A DNA stretch of 64,000 bases. It comes from an uncultured Armatimonadetes bacterium. GTDB taxonomy: Bacteria; Armatimonadota; Hebobacteria; Hebobacterales; Hebobacteraceae. Positions 50,651 to 60,600 of the stretch are shown piece after piece. Numbering within the stretch: position 1 is the first letter of the stretch; the number at the start of each line of letters is the position of its first letter. The stretch spans positions 3,104,001-3,168,000 of the forward strand of contig OY970296.1 of assembly GCA_963716175.1 (NCBI GenBank), given 5' to 3'. The notes under the pieces are model-generated. The model saw nothing but the letters and a program-made list of their open reading frames with translations, was not told the origin of the DNA and searched no databases. The translations under genes were made by a program, and so were the position numbers.

Positions 50651-51402
50651 ACCTGGACCAGCCCTGGAAGATTGGCGCGGTCATCGGCCTGGTGGCCTTC
50701 CTCCGCATCATCTGGGCCCTGTGGCGCCGGGCGCCGGCGCGGCCGTTCATGGTGGAGCTGCTGGACTCCGGCCTGATCGCCTTCGTGCTGGTGTTCCTGC
50801 TCATCCGGCCCTTCGTGGTGCAGGCCTTCTACATCCCGTCCCGCTCCATGGTGCCGGCCCTGCTCGACGGCGATCGCATCCTGGTGAACCGGTTCCTCTA
50901 CCGGCTGAACCCGCCCGAGCGGGGCGACATCATCGTCTTCAACGCCCCGCCGCAGGCGCTTCAGGGGGACAGCAGGAAGGACTACGTCAAACGCCTGATC
51001 GGATTGCCGGGGGACGCCATCGAGATCAAGCGCGGCCTGGGCGTGTTCATCAATGGCACGCTGCTCAGGGATGCCCCGGGGGTGCCACTGCCCGAGTACG
51101 ATTGGCCGGTGGATGAGTACGACCTTCCCACCGGCCGCCCGTACGTTGTGCCCCAGGGCTGCTACTTCGTGCTGGGCGACAACCGCAATGACAGCAATGA
51201 CAGCCACAAGTGGACCGAGATAGCGGGCAATCGCCGCGTGCCTCGGCCGGAGCTGGAGGCAACGCAATTGGTGGGCAAGGCGATGGCCGCCTTCTGGCCC
51301 CTCTCCCGGATCGGGTTGGTCAGCGATCATCAGCAGGTCAGCCTTCCGACTCCCTCTCGCAGGGCCGCGCGACCGGGGGCGGCAGCGGCGGCCTCGCGCT
51401 GA
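50647..51402 (+). CDS. lepB: Signal peptidase I (copy 2)
   Basis: IPSRSMVPAL, YVKRLIGLPGD, GDNRNDSNDS. Confidence 0.93.
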   Translation: MNLDQPWKIGAVIGLVAFLRIIWALWRRAPARPFMVELLDSGLIAFVLVFLLIRPFVVQAFYIPSRSMVPALLDGDRILVNRFLYRLNPPERGDIIVFNAPPQALQGDSRKDYVKRLIGLPGDAIEIKRGLGVFINGTLLRDAPGVPLPEYDWPVDEYDLPTGRPYVVPQGCYFVLGDNRNDSNDSHKWTEIAGNRRVPRPELEATQLVGKAMAAFWPLSRIGLVSDHQQVSLPTPSRRAARPGAAAAASR

Positions 51403-51411
51403 GGTGAGGGT

Positions 51412-52047
51412 ATGTGGGGCCGCTGGCGGATAGAGGAGGAGCTGCAGGGCCAGGGCTTCCGCCGCATCGCGGGAGTGGACGAGGCCGGACGCGGCCCTCT
51501 GGCGGGACCGGTGGTGGCGGCGGCCGCCATCCTTCCCCGGCGCTGCCGCCTGCCCGGTCTGCACGACTCCAAGTTGCTGACCAGGGGAGACCGGGAGCGG
51601 CTGTACGCCCTGATCCGGAAGCGGGCCATCGCGGTCGGGGTAGGAATAGCGGACGCCAAGATGGTTGACCGGCTGAACATTCTGGAGGCCACGCGCTGGG
51701 CGATGACAGAGGCGGTGGAGCAACTGGATCTGGAGCCGGACCTGCTGCTGGTGGACGGCCGGGAGCTACCTTTCCATCCCGGCGCGCAGCGCGCGATTGT
51801 GCGGGGCGATCGCCTCTGCGCCTCCATCGCCGCCGCCTCCATCGTGGCCAAGGTGCTGCGCGACCGCATGATGGACGAGTTGGATGGCCTCTACCCGCAG
51901 TATGGCTTCGCTCAGCACAAAGGCTATGCCACCAGACTGCATCACGCCAAGCTGTTGGAACTGGGCGCGTGTCCCGAGCATCGCGTGAGCTTCGCACCAG
52001 TGCGCGATTTGCTGCAGGGGCGGCTGCCTCTGCGCGACGCGAGTTGA
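51412..52047 (+). CDS. rnhB: Ribonuclease HII
   Basis: GVDEAGRGPLAGPV, DSK, IAAASIVAKV.RD, HKGY. Confidence 0.96.
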   Translation: MWGRWRIEEELQGQGFRRIAGVDEAGRGPLAGPVVAAAAILPRRCRLPGLHDSKLLTRGDRERLYALIRKRAIAVGVGIADAKMVDRLNILEATRWAMTEAVEQLDLEPDLLLVDGRELPFHPGAQRAIVRGDRLCASIAAASIVAKVLRDRMMDELDGLYPQYGFAQHKGYATRLHHAKLLELGACPEHRVSFAPVRDLLQGRLPLRDAS

Positions 52048-52131
52048 GGCAGCAGGGGTCACGCGTGCTCTTGCCGCCCAGGGGTGTCGGGTTTCCGACG
52101 GGACAGGTTTCCGGCGAGCGAAGGCCGCGGC

Positions 52132-52161
52132 TTGACAAGGCGCCGCGTGGCTCCATATATT
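52132..52161 (+). promoter_or_regulatory. sigma70 promoter of rpoZ-dnaJ
   Basis: TTGACA-N18-TATATT. Confidence 0.55.
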
Positions 52162-52296
52162 GAGCTTCGCCGAACCACGTGATCCGGCCAAGCTCGGAGG
52201 CGGGGCCGAAAGGCACTGCGGCGAAATCCGGAACCGCCTCCAGGCGCGAGCATCAATAGGCAGCCAATGCGGATGTCTCCGGGGGGTTGCACATCT

Positions 52297-52536
52297 ATGA
52301 GAGCACGGAGTCACTATGGTAGTGGTAAGCAGACCGAGGTGATTGACCGACTGGCGAAGAGGTACGGGAAGTATGCCTTGGTGGTGGGAGTGGCGCGGCG
52401 CGCGCACGATCTCAAGGAGCGCATTGATGCCACGCTGGAACCCAGCGGGGGTGGGCTGATCAACCGGGCGCTCACCGAGATCGCGCGGGGCGAGGTGCGG
52501 ATTCGCGGGGGGGAGCCCGAAGAGGAATCTGACTGA
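52297..52536 (+). CDS. rpoZ: RNA polymerase omega subunit
   Basis: IDRL....KYALVVGVARRAHDL ... ALTEIARGEV. Confidence 0.85.
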   Translation: MRARSHYGSGKQTEVIDRLAKRYGKYALVVGVARRAHDLKERIDATLEPSGGGLINRALTEIARGEVRIRGGEPEEESD

Positions 52537-52551
52537 CCCGCCGCCTCAGCC

Positions 52552-53676
52552 ATGGCCGAGGGACAGGACTATTACGAGATCCTGGGCGTTGACCGCAACG
52601 CCACTCAGGATCAGATCAAGCGGGCCTTCCGGCGTCTCGCCCGGCGTCATCATCCCGACGTCAGCCCTGAGGATCCCGAGGCCGAGGCCCGCTTCCGGGA
52701 GATCGCTGAAGCCTACCAGGCGCTCAGCGATCCGGAGCGGCGCGCCCAGTATGACCTCTACGGGCGGACGGGCCCTGCGGGCCCGTTGGCCGGCGACATC
52801 TGGGAAGAGCTGAGCGGCCTGGGCGGCCTGTTCGAAGCTTTCTTCGGCCCGCGCGCTCCAGCCCACCCGCGACTTCGACCGGGCGCGGACCTGCGCTACG
52901 ACTTGGAGGTTGAGCTGGCCGAGGTCGCCACCGGAGTGGAGAAGCGCATCGTCGTGGAGCGGCTGCGGGCCTGCGACACCTGCCAGGGAACCGGCAGCCG
53001 ATCGAAGTCGGGCCCCCAGCCTTGTCCCACCTGTCGCGGCTCTGGCCAGACGCGACACACTGCCGCTACCCCATTCGGCCATCTCTCCACGGTAAGCACC
53101 TGTGCCCAGTGCGGGGGGGCCGGAACCGTGATGCCGGACCCGTGCCCGGACTGCCGTGGGTCGGGCCGCCGCGCCGTCACCGGCGTGGTGCCTGTGAAGA
53201 TACCGGCGGGCGTCGAGCACGGAGCCACCCTCCGCCTCCACGGCGAAGGCGAGTCCGGCGAGCGAGGGGCCCGCGTGGGCGACCTCTACGTGGTGGTGCA
53301 CGTCAAACCGCACGAGATCTTCGAGCGCCAGGGCCGCGATCTGCAGTGCGTGGTGCCCATCGCCTTCACCACCGCCGCTCTCGGAGGCGTCGTGAGCGTG
53401 CCCACCCTGGCGGGCGGGACTGAGGAGCTGACCATCCCGCCGGGCACCCAGACTGGAGAGACATTCACATTGCTTGGGCTGGGCCTGCCCGATGCCCACA
53501 CCGGGGTGCGCGGCTCCCTCCACGTGACCGTGCGCGTGGTCACCCCCGCCCATCTCACCCCCCGCCAGCAAGAGCTGCTGTCCGAGTTCGCCGTGGAGGG
53601 GGGCGACCAGGTGGATGTCCCCAGGGGATGGTTTGCCCGGCTGCGCGACGCCCTGCGGGGAGAGGAAGGCGAATAG
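52552..53676 (+). CDS. dnaJ: Chaperone DnaJ
   Basis: DYYEILGV, HPD, four CxxCxGxG repeats. Confidence 0.95.
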   Translation: MAEGQDYYEILGVDRNATQDQIKRAFRRLARRHHPDVSPEDPEAEARFREIAEAYQALSDPERRAQYDLYGRTGPAGPLAGDIWEELSGLGGLFEAFFGPRAPAHPRLRPGADLRYDLEVELAEVATGVEKRIVVERLRACDTCQGTGSRSKSGPQPCPTCRGSGQTRHTAATPFGHLSTVSTCAQCGGAGTVMPDPCPDCRGSGRRAVTGVVPVKIPAGVEHGATLRLHGEGESGERGARVGDLYVVVHVKPHEIFERQGRDLQCVVPIAFTTAALGGVVSVPTLAGGTEELTIPPGTQTGETFTLLGLGLPDAHTGVRGSLHVTVRVVTPAHLTPRQQELLSEFAVEGGDQVDVPRGWFARLRDALRGEEGE

Positions 53677-53802
53677 GCCAGGCATCACCGCGGTGGCGCT
53701 CCCGGCATGGCCAGACCTGTGGGAGCCCCGTTCCGGAGCTCCCACGGCCTCTCTTGCGTTGTCCTTTGCGCCCTTCGCGCCACTGCGGTGGGTATTCCTG
53801 TC

Positions 53803-54800
53803 TTACAGCTTTACCTTCTCCGGCTCCCCTGACTCACCCGATTCCCAGGCCGCTTCCGTCAACTGGATCACCCGCAGCCCCCAGATCGGCGGAGTCTGCG
53901 GCTTGTCCTTGCCCAGGATGGAGTCCACGAAGTTCTTGTCCGCGCTGCCCTTGTACTTGACCGTGTCCGTCACATCCTTGGTCTCGGCACCCCAGCCCCT
54001 GGGGTCCGGCACCTGGTGCAGGATCCGGTCGTGGCGGATGTAGACCGCGCCCTTCTCGCCGTAGTAGGCCACTTCCTCCCACCACCCCGGCGCGTCGCCG
54101 ACGATGGAGATATTGCCGATCACCCCGCCCTTGAACTCGATGGTCAGCCCCGAGTTGATGTCCACCTTGCTCCCGCGGTTATCAATCTTGGCGTAAACGG
54201 TGGCCGGGGCAGATCGCTCACCCACAGGATGATGTCCAGCAGATGGCTGGCGGAGTCATTGAGCTGGCCGCCTCCGCTCAGGTCCGGCTGCTGACGCCAC
54301 GTTCCCTTCGTCCCCCGCAGCCATTCCTGCCCCTGCAGGGCGGAGATGAACTTGACCTTGCCGATCTTCCCCGATTGCACGATCTCTCGCGCCGCCCGGA
54401 AGGCCGGCGAGAAGTGACGCTGGTAGGAGATCATCAAGATGCGCTTCTTCTGCTCCGACTTCCTGATCACCGCCTTGGCGTGGGCAACCGTGCACACCAT
54501 CGGCTTCTCGGTCAGCACGTGCAGCCCCGCCCCGAGGCAGGTCATGATCTGCTCGTAGTGGATGGTGTGCGGGGAGGCGATGATCACGCCATCCAGGTCC
54601 ACCGCGCCGAGCATCTTGCGGTAATCCGCGAATGTGGGCAGGTTGGCCAGCTTGGGGTGGCGCTTCTTGAAGCCCGCCATCATGGTCCTGCTCGGATCCA
54701 TCAAGGCGGCGATGGTGGCCGACTTGACTGGCTCCAGTTGCTCCACGTGCATGCTCATGATCCCGCCGCATCCAATCAGCCCGACTCTGACTTTAGGCAT
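53803..54800 (-). CDS. Gfo/Idh/MocA oxidoreductase (frameshift near 54206)
   Basis: VGLIGCGGI, HVLTEKPM, SGGGQLNDSASHLLD; continues in the adjacent frame after a homopolymer run. Confidence 0.9.
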
Positions 54801-55015
54801 GTTCTGTGTTTCCTCCGAAGTATTCGGCCGGCCGTACAAGCTCCCCGGCTGGCGCGCCGGGCGTTGTTCTCTGGTAGTGCTGTTTCTTCCTTCCGCGCCG
54901 GCAGGCGTAAGAGGACAGCCACGAGGTCCGACGAGCCGTTGACCGCCATGGGCTCCCGGCGTACACTGCGGACAAAGGTGAGAGGCGAAGGGGCGGCACC
55001 AGAGGAGCGAGAGGA

Positions 55016-55372
55016 ATGAGCAGAGGCAAGTGGGTGCTAGTTCTGATAGTTGTCGTGGTGCTAGCGGTGGTCGCGGGGGCGTACGCGGCGGGTAAAGCGA
55101 AGTTGCTGCCGGGTGCGCTGGGGGGCTTCAAGATCAGTGTAGCTCGATTCGACGAGAGCCTAGGGAGCAGACCCCTCCCAACCATCCCAAAGAGTTGGCG
55201 ATTTGTCGGCGTCAGCAACGGCAGGGCGATGAACTCGAATGCCTTGTGGTTTCAGAGCCCGGATGGCAACATCTACAGGGTTGAGGGTTTCGTCAACAGC
55301 GACAAGAGCTTCGCCAGTTACGGTAAGTTCACCCTCGAAGAGGATATTGCCAAGATAGCGGCGGGGGAATAA
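55016..55372 (+). CDS. Hypothetical exported protein
   Basis: Signal/anchor MSRGKWVLVLIVVVVLAVVAGAYAAGKA; lower GC. Confidence 0.7.
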   Translation: MSRGKWVLVLIVVVVLAVVAGAYAAGKAKLLPGALGGFKISVARFDESLGSRPLPTIPKSWRFVGVSNGRAMNSNALWFQSPDGNIYRVEGFVNSDKSFASYGKFTLEEDIAKIAAGE

Positions 55373-55392
55373 GGAGCGAGGAGACGAGGAAG

Positions 55393-55563
55393 ATGCGTAC
55401 TTGGCGGTGGTACTCGAAGGTGCTACTCGGACTGTTGATTCTCGCGTTCGCCTACTACGTCTGGCCGACGCCGTGGAGGTATGATATGACCCGGGGTTCA
55501 CAAAGCATTCCCTTCCGGATAAACCGATTCACTGGGGACGCCGAGATGATAATCCCCCACTAG
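55393..55563 (+). CDS. Small membrane protein (56 aa, absent from ORF track)
   Basis: GAGGAAG RBS; MRTWRWYSKVLLGLLILAFAYYVWPTPWRY...RINRFTGDAEMIIPH. Confidence 0.65.
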   Translation: MRTWRWYSKVLLGLLILAFAYYVWPTPWRYDMTRGSQSIPFRINRFTGDAEMIIPH

Positions 55564-55623
55564 GAGCCAGACCTTTTTCCGGCAAGCAGCGCAGAAAGGG
55601 CAGCGCCAGAGGAGGCGAGGAAG

Positions 55624-56262
55624 ATGAGCAAGGCCAAGTGGGCGATTGTGCTGGCGGTTATCGTGGCGCTGGCTGTGGCGGCGGCCTATGCCGCGGGGAA
55701 GGCGACGGCGCGGGAGGTGGTGAGGGCACAGGCGTTCGAGCTGGTGGACGCGGAGGGGAGGACGCGCGCAATGCTGGCATTGGTGAACCGCCAGCCGCAC
55801 CTTGTGTTCGTCGACGAGCAGGGCAAGCCGCGCGCCGGGCTGGGACTACACACCGACGGCACCCCTGGACTGCAGCTCCGCGACGAGAAGGGCAAGGCGC
55901 GCGCCGACCTGGGAATCTTTACCGACGGCACCCCTGGACTGCACCTCCGCGACGAGAAGGGCAAGGCGCGCGCCGGGCTGACGATGCTTCCCGACGGTAG
56001 CCCGAACCTGCGGCTATTCGATGAGAAGGGCGAGGACCGCGCCGGACTGATGCTGCTGGCCGGCGGCAACCCGAGCCTGGGGCTCTTCGACGCGAAGGGC
56101 AAGGGGTGCGCCATGCTGGCAGTGCTTCCCGACGGTAGCCCGAGCCTAGAGCTACTCGACAAGAAGGGCGAGGTGCACGCCATGCTGTTGCTCCTTCCCG
56201 GCGGCACCCCGAGCCTGGTACTCAGCGACGAGAGGGGTGAGGTGATCTGGAGGGCGCCGTAG
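55624..56262 (+). CDS. Exported tandem-repeat protein (23-aa / 69-bp repeats)
   Basis: About 8 repeats of DG.P.L.L.DEKGK.RA.L; signal MSKAKWAIVLAVIVALAVAAAYAAGKA. Confidence 0.8.
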   Translation: MSKAKWAIVLAVIVALAVAAAYAAGKATAREVVRAQAFELVDAEGRTRAMLALVNRQPHLVFVDEQGKPRAGLGLHTDGTPGLQLRDEKGKARADLGIFTDGTPGLHLRDEKGKARAGLTMLPDGSPNLRLFDEKGEDRAGLMLLAGGNPSLGLFDAKGKGCAMLAVLPDGSPSLELLDKKGEVHAMLLLLPGGTPSLVLSDERGEVIWRAP

Positions 56263-56598
56263 GCTGGGGCGAACGATTTGGCGTCCGGGGCCACGTGCAC
56301 GGTGGTCTCACTGGCCCAGCCCGGCACGCGCTGCCGTGAGCTGCTCTTCACGGACGGAGATCGAGAACGCCACCAGCGGCTTGACGCCGACCCGCACTGC
56401 CATGCTTCTTCGATCTGCCGATGTAACAGGACGACCAGGGGGTGGCATGACCCTCCCCTTGCGTGGCAGTCTGTCGCCCCTTGGGGGCGAACGCAGGTTG
56501 TGGTCACACCTGGCGGCGCTGACCACAAACCTAGCGCCACCCGCAAGATGCACTCTCCTCCAGTGGCGTGGGTATGTCACGAGCGGCAAGGCAAGTGA

Positions 56599-57501
56599 CT
56601 ACCCGCGCAGGCACGCTGGAGGCGTGCCTGACCCGCCCTGCCCTTCCCCCTCCGCTTCCTCAGGTCTGCCCTCCTCTGCCGCGCGCAGGTGCGGGCAGCC
56701 GGGCTTGTGTTGGGCGACGGCGGCCGTGGGCAGATCAATCTGTCCGCCCTCATCCAACGTGACCACCACGCGGTTGCGCAGCACGTTGATCTCGGTGATC
56801 TTGCCCGGGCCCTTGGTGGTCTCGATCCGGCTGCCCACCTTGGGCAGGCACTGCTTCGCCTCCCGGTAGTGGGCGTACTCGAAGTTGAGGCAGCACATCA
56901 GCCGGCCGCAGGCGCCGGAGATCTTCTGCGGGTTGAGCGAGAGGTCTTGCTCCTTCGCCATCTTGATGCCCACCGGGTCGAACTCGGTGAGGAAGGTGGC
57001 GCAGCACAGCGGCCGGCCGCAGGGCCCCAGTCCGCCCCGCAGCTTGGCCTCATCTCGCACCCCCACCTGGTGCAGCTCGATGCGCGTCCGCAGCGCCTGA
57101 GCCAGGTCTCGCACCAGGGCCCTGAAGTCCACCCGGCGCTCGGCGCTGAAATGAAACACGATGCGGCCTCCGTCCAGCGTGCTCTCGGCCGCGATCAGCT
57201 TCATCGGCAGCTCGTGCTCGGCGACCTTGCAGGCCGCCACCTCCATCGCCTCCTGCTCCCGCACCAGGTTATCCTGGGAGCGGCCTATATCATCCTCTGT
57301 GGCCTTGCGCTCGATGGGCTTGAGGTCGCTGTTGGCCTCCCGCTCCGACAGCTCTCTGGGGGCGCTGCGCACCGCGCCCAGCTCCAATCCCCGTGTGGTG
57401 CGGGCGACCACCTGGTCGCCCGGGACCAGCTCCAAGTTGCCCACTTCGAATCGGTAGAGCCGGCCGCCTGGGCGGAAGCATATGTCAGCAACTCGCGGCA
57501 T
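56599..57501 (-). CDS. PSP1-domain protein (YaaT/RicT family)
   Basis: RVDFRALVRDLA, GPCGRPLCC, KMAKEQDLSLNPQKISGACGRLMCCL. Confidence 0.94.
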   Translation of the reverse strand: MPRVADICFRPGGRLYRFEVGNLELVPGDQVVARTTRGLELGAVRSAPRELSEREANSDLKPIERKATEDDIGRSQDNLVREQEAMEVAACKVAEHELPMKLIAAESTLDGGRIVFHFSAERRVDFRALVRDLAQALRTRIELHQVGVRDEAKLRGGLGPCGRPLCCATFLTEFDPVGIKMAKEQDLSLNPQKISGACGRLMCCLNFEYAHYREAKQCLPKVGSRIETTKGPGKITEINVLRNRVVVTLDEGGQIDLPTAAVAQHKPGCPHLRAAEEGRPEEAEGEGQGGSGTPPACLRG

Positions 57502-57555
57502 TGTCCTTTCTCCTCAACTCCATATGGCAGGGGCCAGCCCCTGCCCAGCTACGGC

Positions 57556-57604
57556 CGGCGGCGATGCTCGCCCGCCCCCGGCGGACTTCGCATGGCCGCC
57601 CTAC
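57556..57604 (-). repeat. GTAG-type REP hairpin
   Basis: Near-identical to 3644-3692 on the opposite strand. Confidence 0.85.
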
Positions 57605-57629
57605 AATGGCCGGCGGGCGAATATTCCTG

Positions 57630-60600
57630 CTACAGTCTGGCGATCGCTTGCTCGCGCCGGTCATGGCGCCGCGCCTCCTCGGTCAGCGGCAGCAGCGCGA
57701 GCTGATCCAACACCTGCTCCAGTCGGGTGAAGAGCCCGTTGGTGTCTGCCTTTCGCCGCGAGACCACCACCCGGTCGTGCTGGGTGAGGGCCAGCCAGAT
57801 CCTCATCTCGGCCGGCAGGGCGCGCTGCAGCTTCTGCACCAGCAGCGCGGTCAGCCGCCGGTCATCGGTGAGGCGCAGAGACATCAGGTTGAGCTCGGTG
57901 GTGATGCTTTGGACCCCCGCGGCCGCACACCGCACCTTGAGCCGCGCCAGCCGCACCAGGTTCTGCACTGGCTCGGGCGGAGGCCGGCCGAAGCGGTCGG
58001 CGATCTCAGCCTCCAATGCTTCCAGCCGCTGCTGATCGGGCGCGCTGGCCAGCCTTCGGTAGAGGTCTATCCGCTGGTTGAGGTCGGGCGCGTAGTCGGC
58101 CGGCAGATAGGCCTCCACCGGAAGGTCCACGCTCACCTGCGGCCGCTCCACCGGGGCCTCTCCCTTCGCCTCCTGCACCGCGTCCTGCAGCATCTGCAGG
58201 TAGAGCTCCAACCCCACCGCGCTGACGAACCCGTGCTGCTCGGGCCCCAGCAGATTGCCCGCCCCCCGGATCTCGAGATCCCGCATCGCGATCTTGAACC
58301 CGGAGCCCAGCTCGGAGAACTCGCGGATGGCGGCGATCCGCTTCTCCGCCTGCTCGGTGAGCCGCTTGAAGGGCGTCCACATCAGATAGGCGTAGGCCTG
58401 CCGGTTCGAGCGCCCCACCCGCCCCCGAAGCTGATAGAGCTGAGCCAGCCCCAGGCGGTCGGAATCGCTCACCACCAGGGTGTTCGCGTTCGGGATATCC
58501 AAACCATTCTCCACGATGGTCGTGCACACCAGCACCTGCGCGTCCCCAGTGTAGAAATCGAGCATCGCGCTCTCGAGCTGGCGCTCCTCCATTTGGCCGT
58601 GAGCCACCACGAACCGGGCGTGTGGGATGAGCTGGCGCACATGCTGGGCCACGTGGTTGATGGACTCGACCCGGTTGTGCACGTAGTAGACCTGCCCGCC
58701 CCGGTCCAGCTCCCGCAAGATCGCTTCCCGCACAATGCCGTCGTCTCGCTCCAGGGCGCGGGTGATGATGGCGGTGCGTCCCTCCGGCGGATCGTTGATC
58801 AGGCTCATGTCGCGAATCCCGCTGAGCGCCATGTGCAGGGTGCGCGGGATCGGCGTCGCGGTCATGGTGAGCACGTCCACGGTGGCCCGGAGCTGCTTGA
58901 GCTTCTCCTTATGCCTCACCCCGAAGCGCTGCTCCTCGTCCACCACCACCAGCCCCAGGTCCTTGAACTTGATGTCCCGGGAGAGCAGGCGATGGGTGCC
59001 GATGATGATGTCCACTGCGCCGGCCGCCAAGTCGGCCACGGTCCGAGTCTGCTGCTTGCGGCTGCGGAACCGGCTGAGTAGCTCTACCCGCACCGGATAG
59101 GGCACCAGGCGCTCTCTGAAGGTGGTATAGTGCTGCTGCGCCAGGACCGTGGTGGGCACCAGCACCGCCACCTGCTTGCCGTCCATCACCGCTTTGAAGG
59201 CGGCGCGAATCGCCACCTCCGTCTTGCCGTATCCGACATCGCCGCAGATCAGCCGATCCATGGGGCGAGGGGTCTCCATGTCCTGCTTCACCGCCTCAAT
59301 CGCGGTTAGCTGGTCAGGCGTCTCTTCGTATTCGAAGCCATCCTCCATCTCGCGCTGCCAGGGCGTGTCAGGCGCGAAGGCATGGCCGGGTTGGCGCTGC
59401 CGCGCGGCGTAGATGCGAACCAACTCCTCGGCCAGCTCCTGGGCCGACTTCTTGGCGCGGCGCTTGGTGCGCTCCCATTCGCTGCCCCCGAGGCGGTGGA
59501 CCTGGGGGCGCTCCTCCTCCCCACCCAGGTACTTCTGCACCCGGTCGAACTGATCGGTGGGCACGTAGAGGCGGTCATTCTCCGCGTACTCCACCAGCAG
59601 GAACTCCCGCTCTGCGTCCTCGGCCGTGCGCCGCACCAGCCCCCGGTAGATCCCGATCCCGTGGTTGATGTGGACTACGTAGTCACCGGGGTTGAGGTCG
59701 GTGAGCGACCCGATGGGCACGCCCTCCGCCGCCCGGCGGCGGAGGGGCCGCCGCAGCCTGCGCCACCCGAAGATCTCACGATCGGTGAGGGCGGCCAGGC
59801 CCACGCTCGGCAGATGAAAGCCCTCGTTCAGAGGCCGCTCGGAGATCACGATCTGCCCGGGCCGAGGCTCCACCCCCGGCTCCTCCCGCACCATCCCGCC
59901 CATCCCGAACTCGTCCAGCACCTCGATCAGCCGATCCGCCTGGCGGGTGGCGATCAGCACTCGCGCGGAGAGCTGCTGCCATCGCCGCAAGTCGCGGGTC
60001 AGCCGCTCGAAGTCGCCCGCGAACTCGTCCATCCGCTGGGAGGAGATGCCTACCCGCCGCGTGCCGCGCTTCTCCGGAGTCCCACCTACCAGGCAGAGCT
60101 CGATCACCCGCGACTTATCGAGTCTCCGCTGCGCCCCCTCCAGCGGGAGATGCAGGGCATCCGGCAGAGGGAGCAGCAGGCCCTGATCGAGGCGGGAGAC
60201 CCCGACCTCCACCAGGTCTTGCTGGAACTCATTGTAGTGGTCCACCAGCCGGCCCGGCTCGTCCACCACGATGGTGGCCTGAGGCGGGAGATAGTCGAGG
60301 GCGGTGGCCGGCTCCGGGTAGAGGAACGGAAGGAAGTACTCCAAGCCTCGCGCATAGGCTTGTTGCCGGAGCGCCTCCAGCAGGTCGCGAATGCGCTCCT
60401 CCAGCCGCTCCGCCTCCAGGTCCTTGCCATCGGCGCGGAGGACCTCCGCCTGTTGGGCCAAGGCCTGCTCGATCCGCGGCACCGCGCGGGCCACTGCCTC
60501 CTCGGTAAGCAGCACCTCCCGCGCCGGCAGCACTGACACCCTCTCCACCGGAGCGATCGAGCGCTGAGTCCCCGGATCGAAGGTGCGAATGGACTCGATC

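Noticed and set aside
55852-56200. Direct repeats as a CRISPR array
   Set aside because: They are coding 69-bp tandem repeats with no unique spacers, and no cas genes are present
56263-56598. Hairpin-rich convergent intergenic region as an ncRNA or small gene
   Set aside because: Hairpins are present, but there is no second copy, promoter or recognisable family in the window
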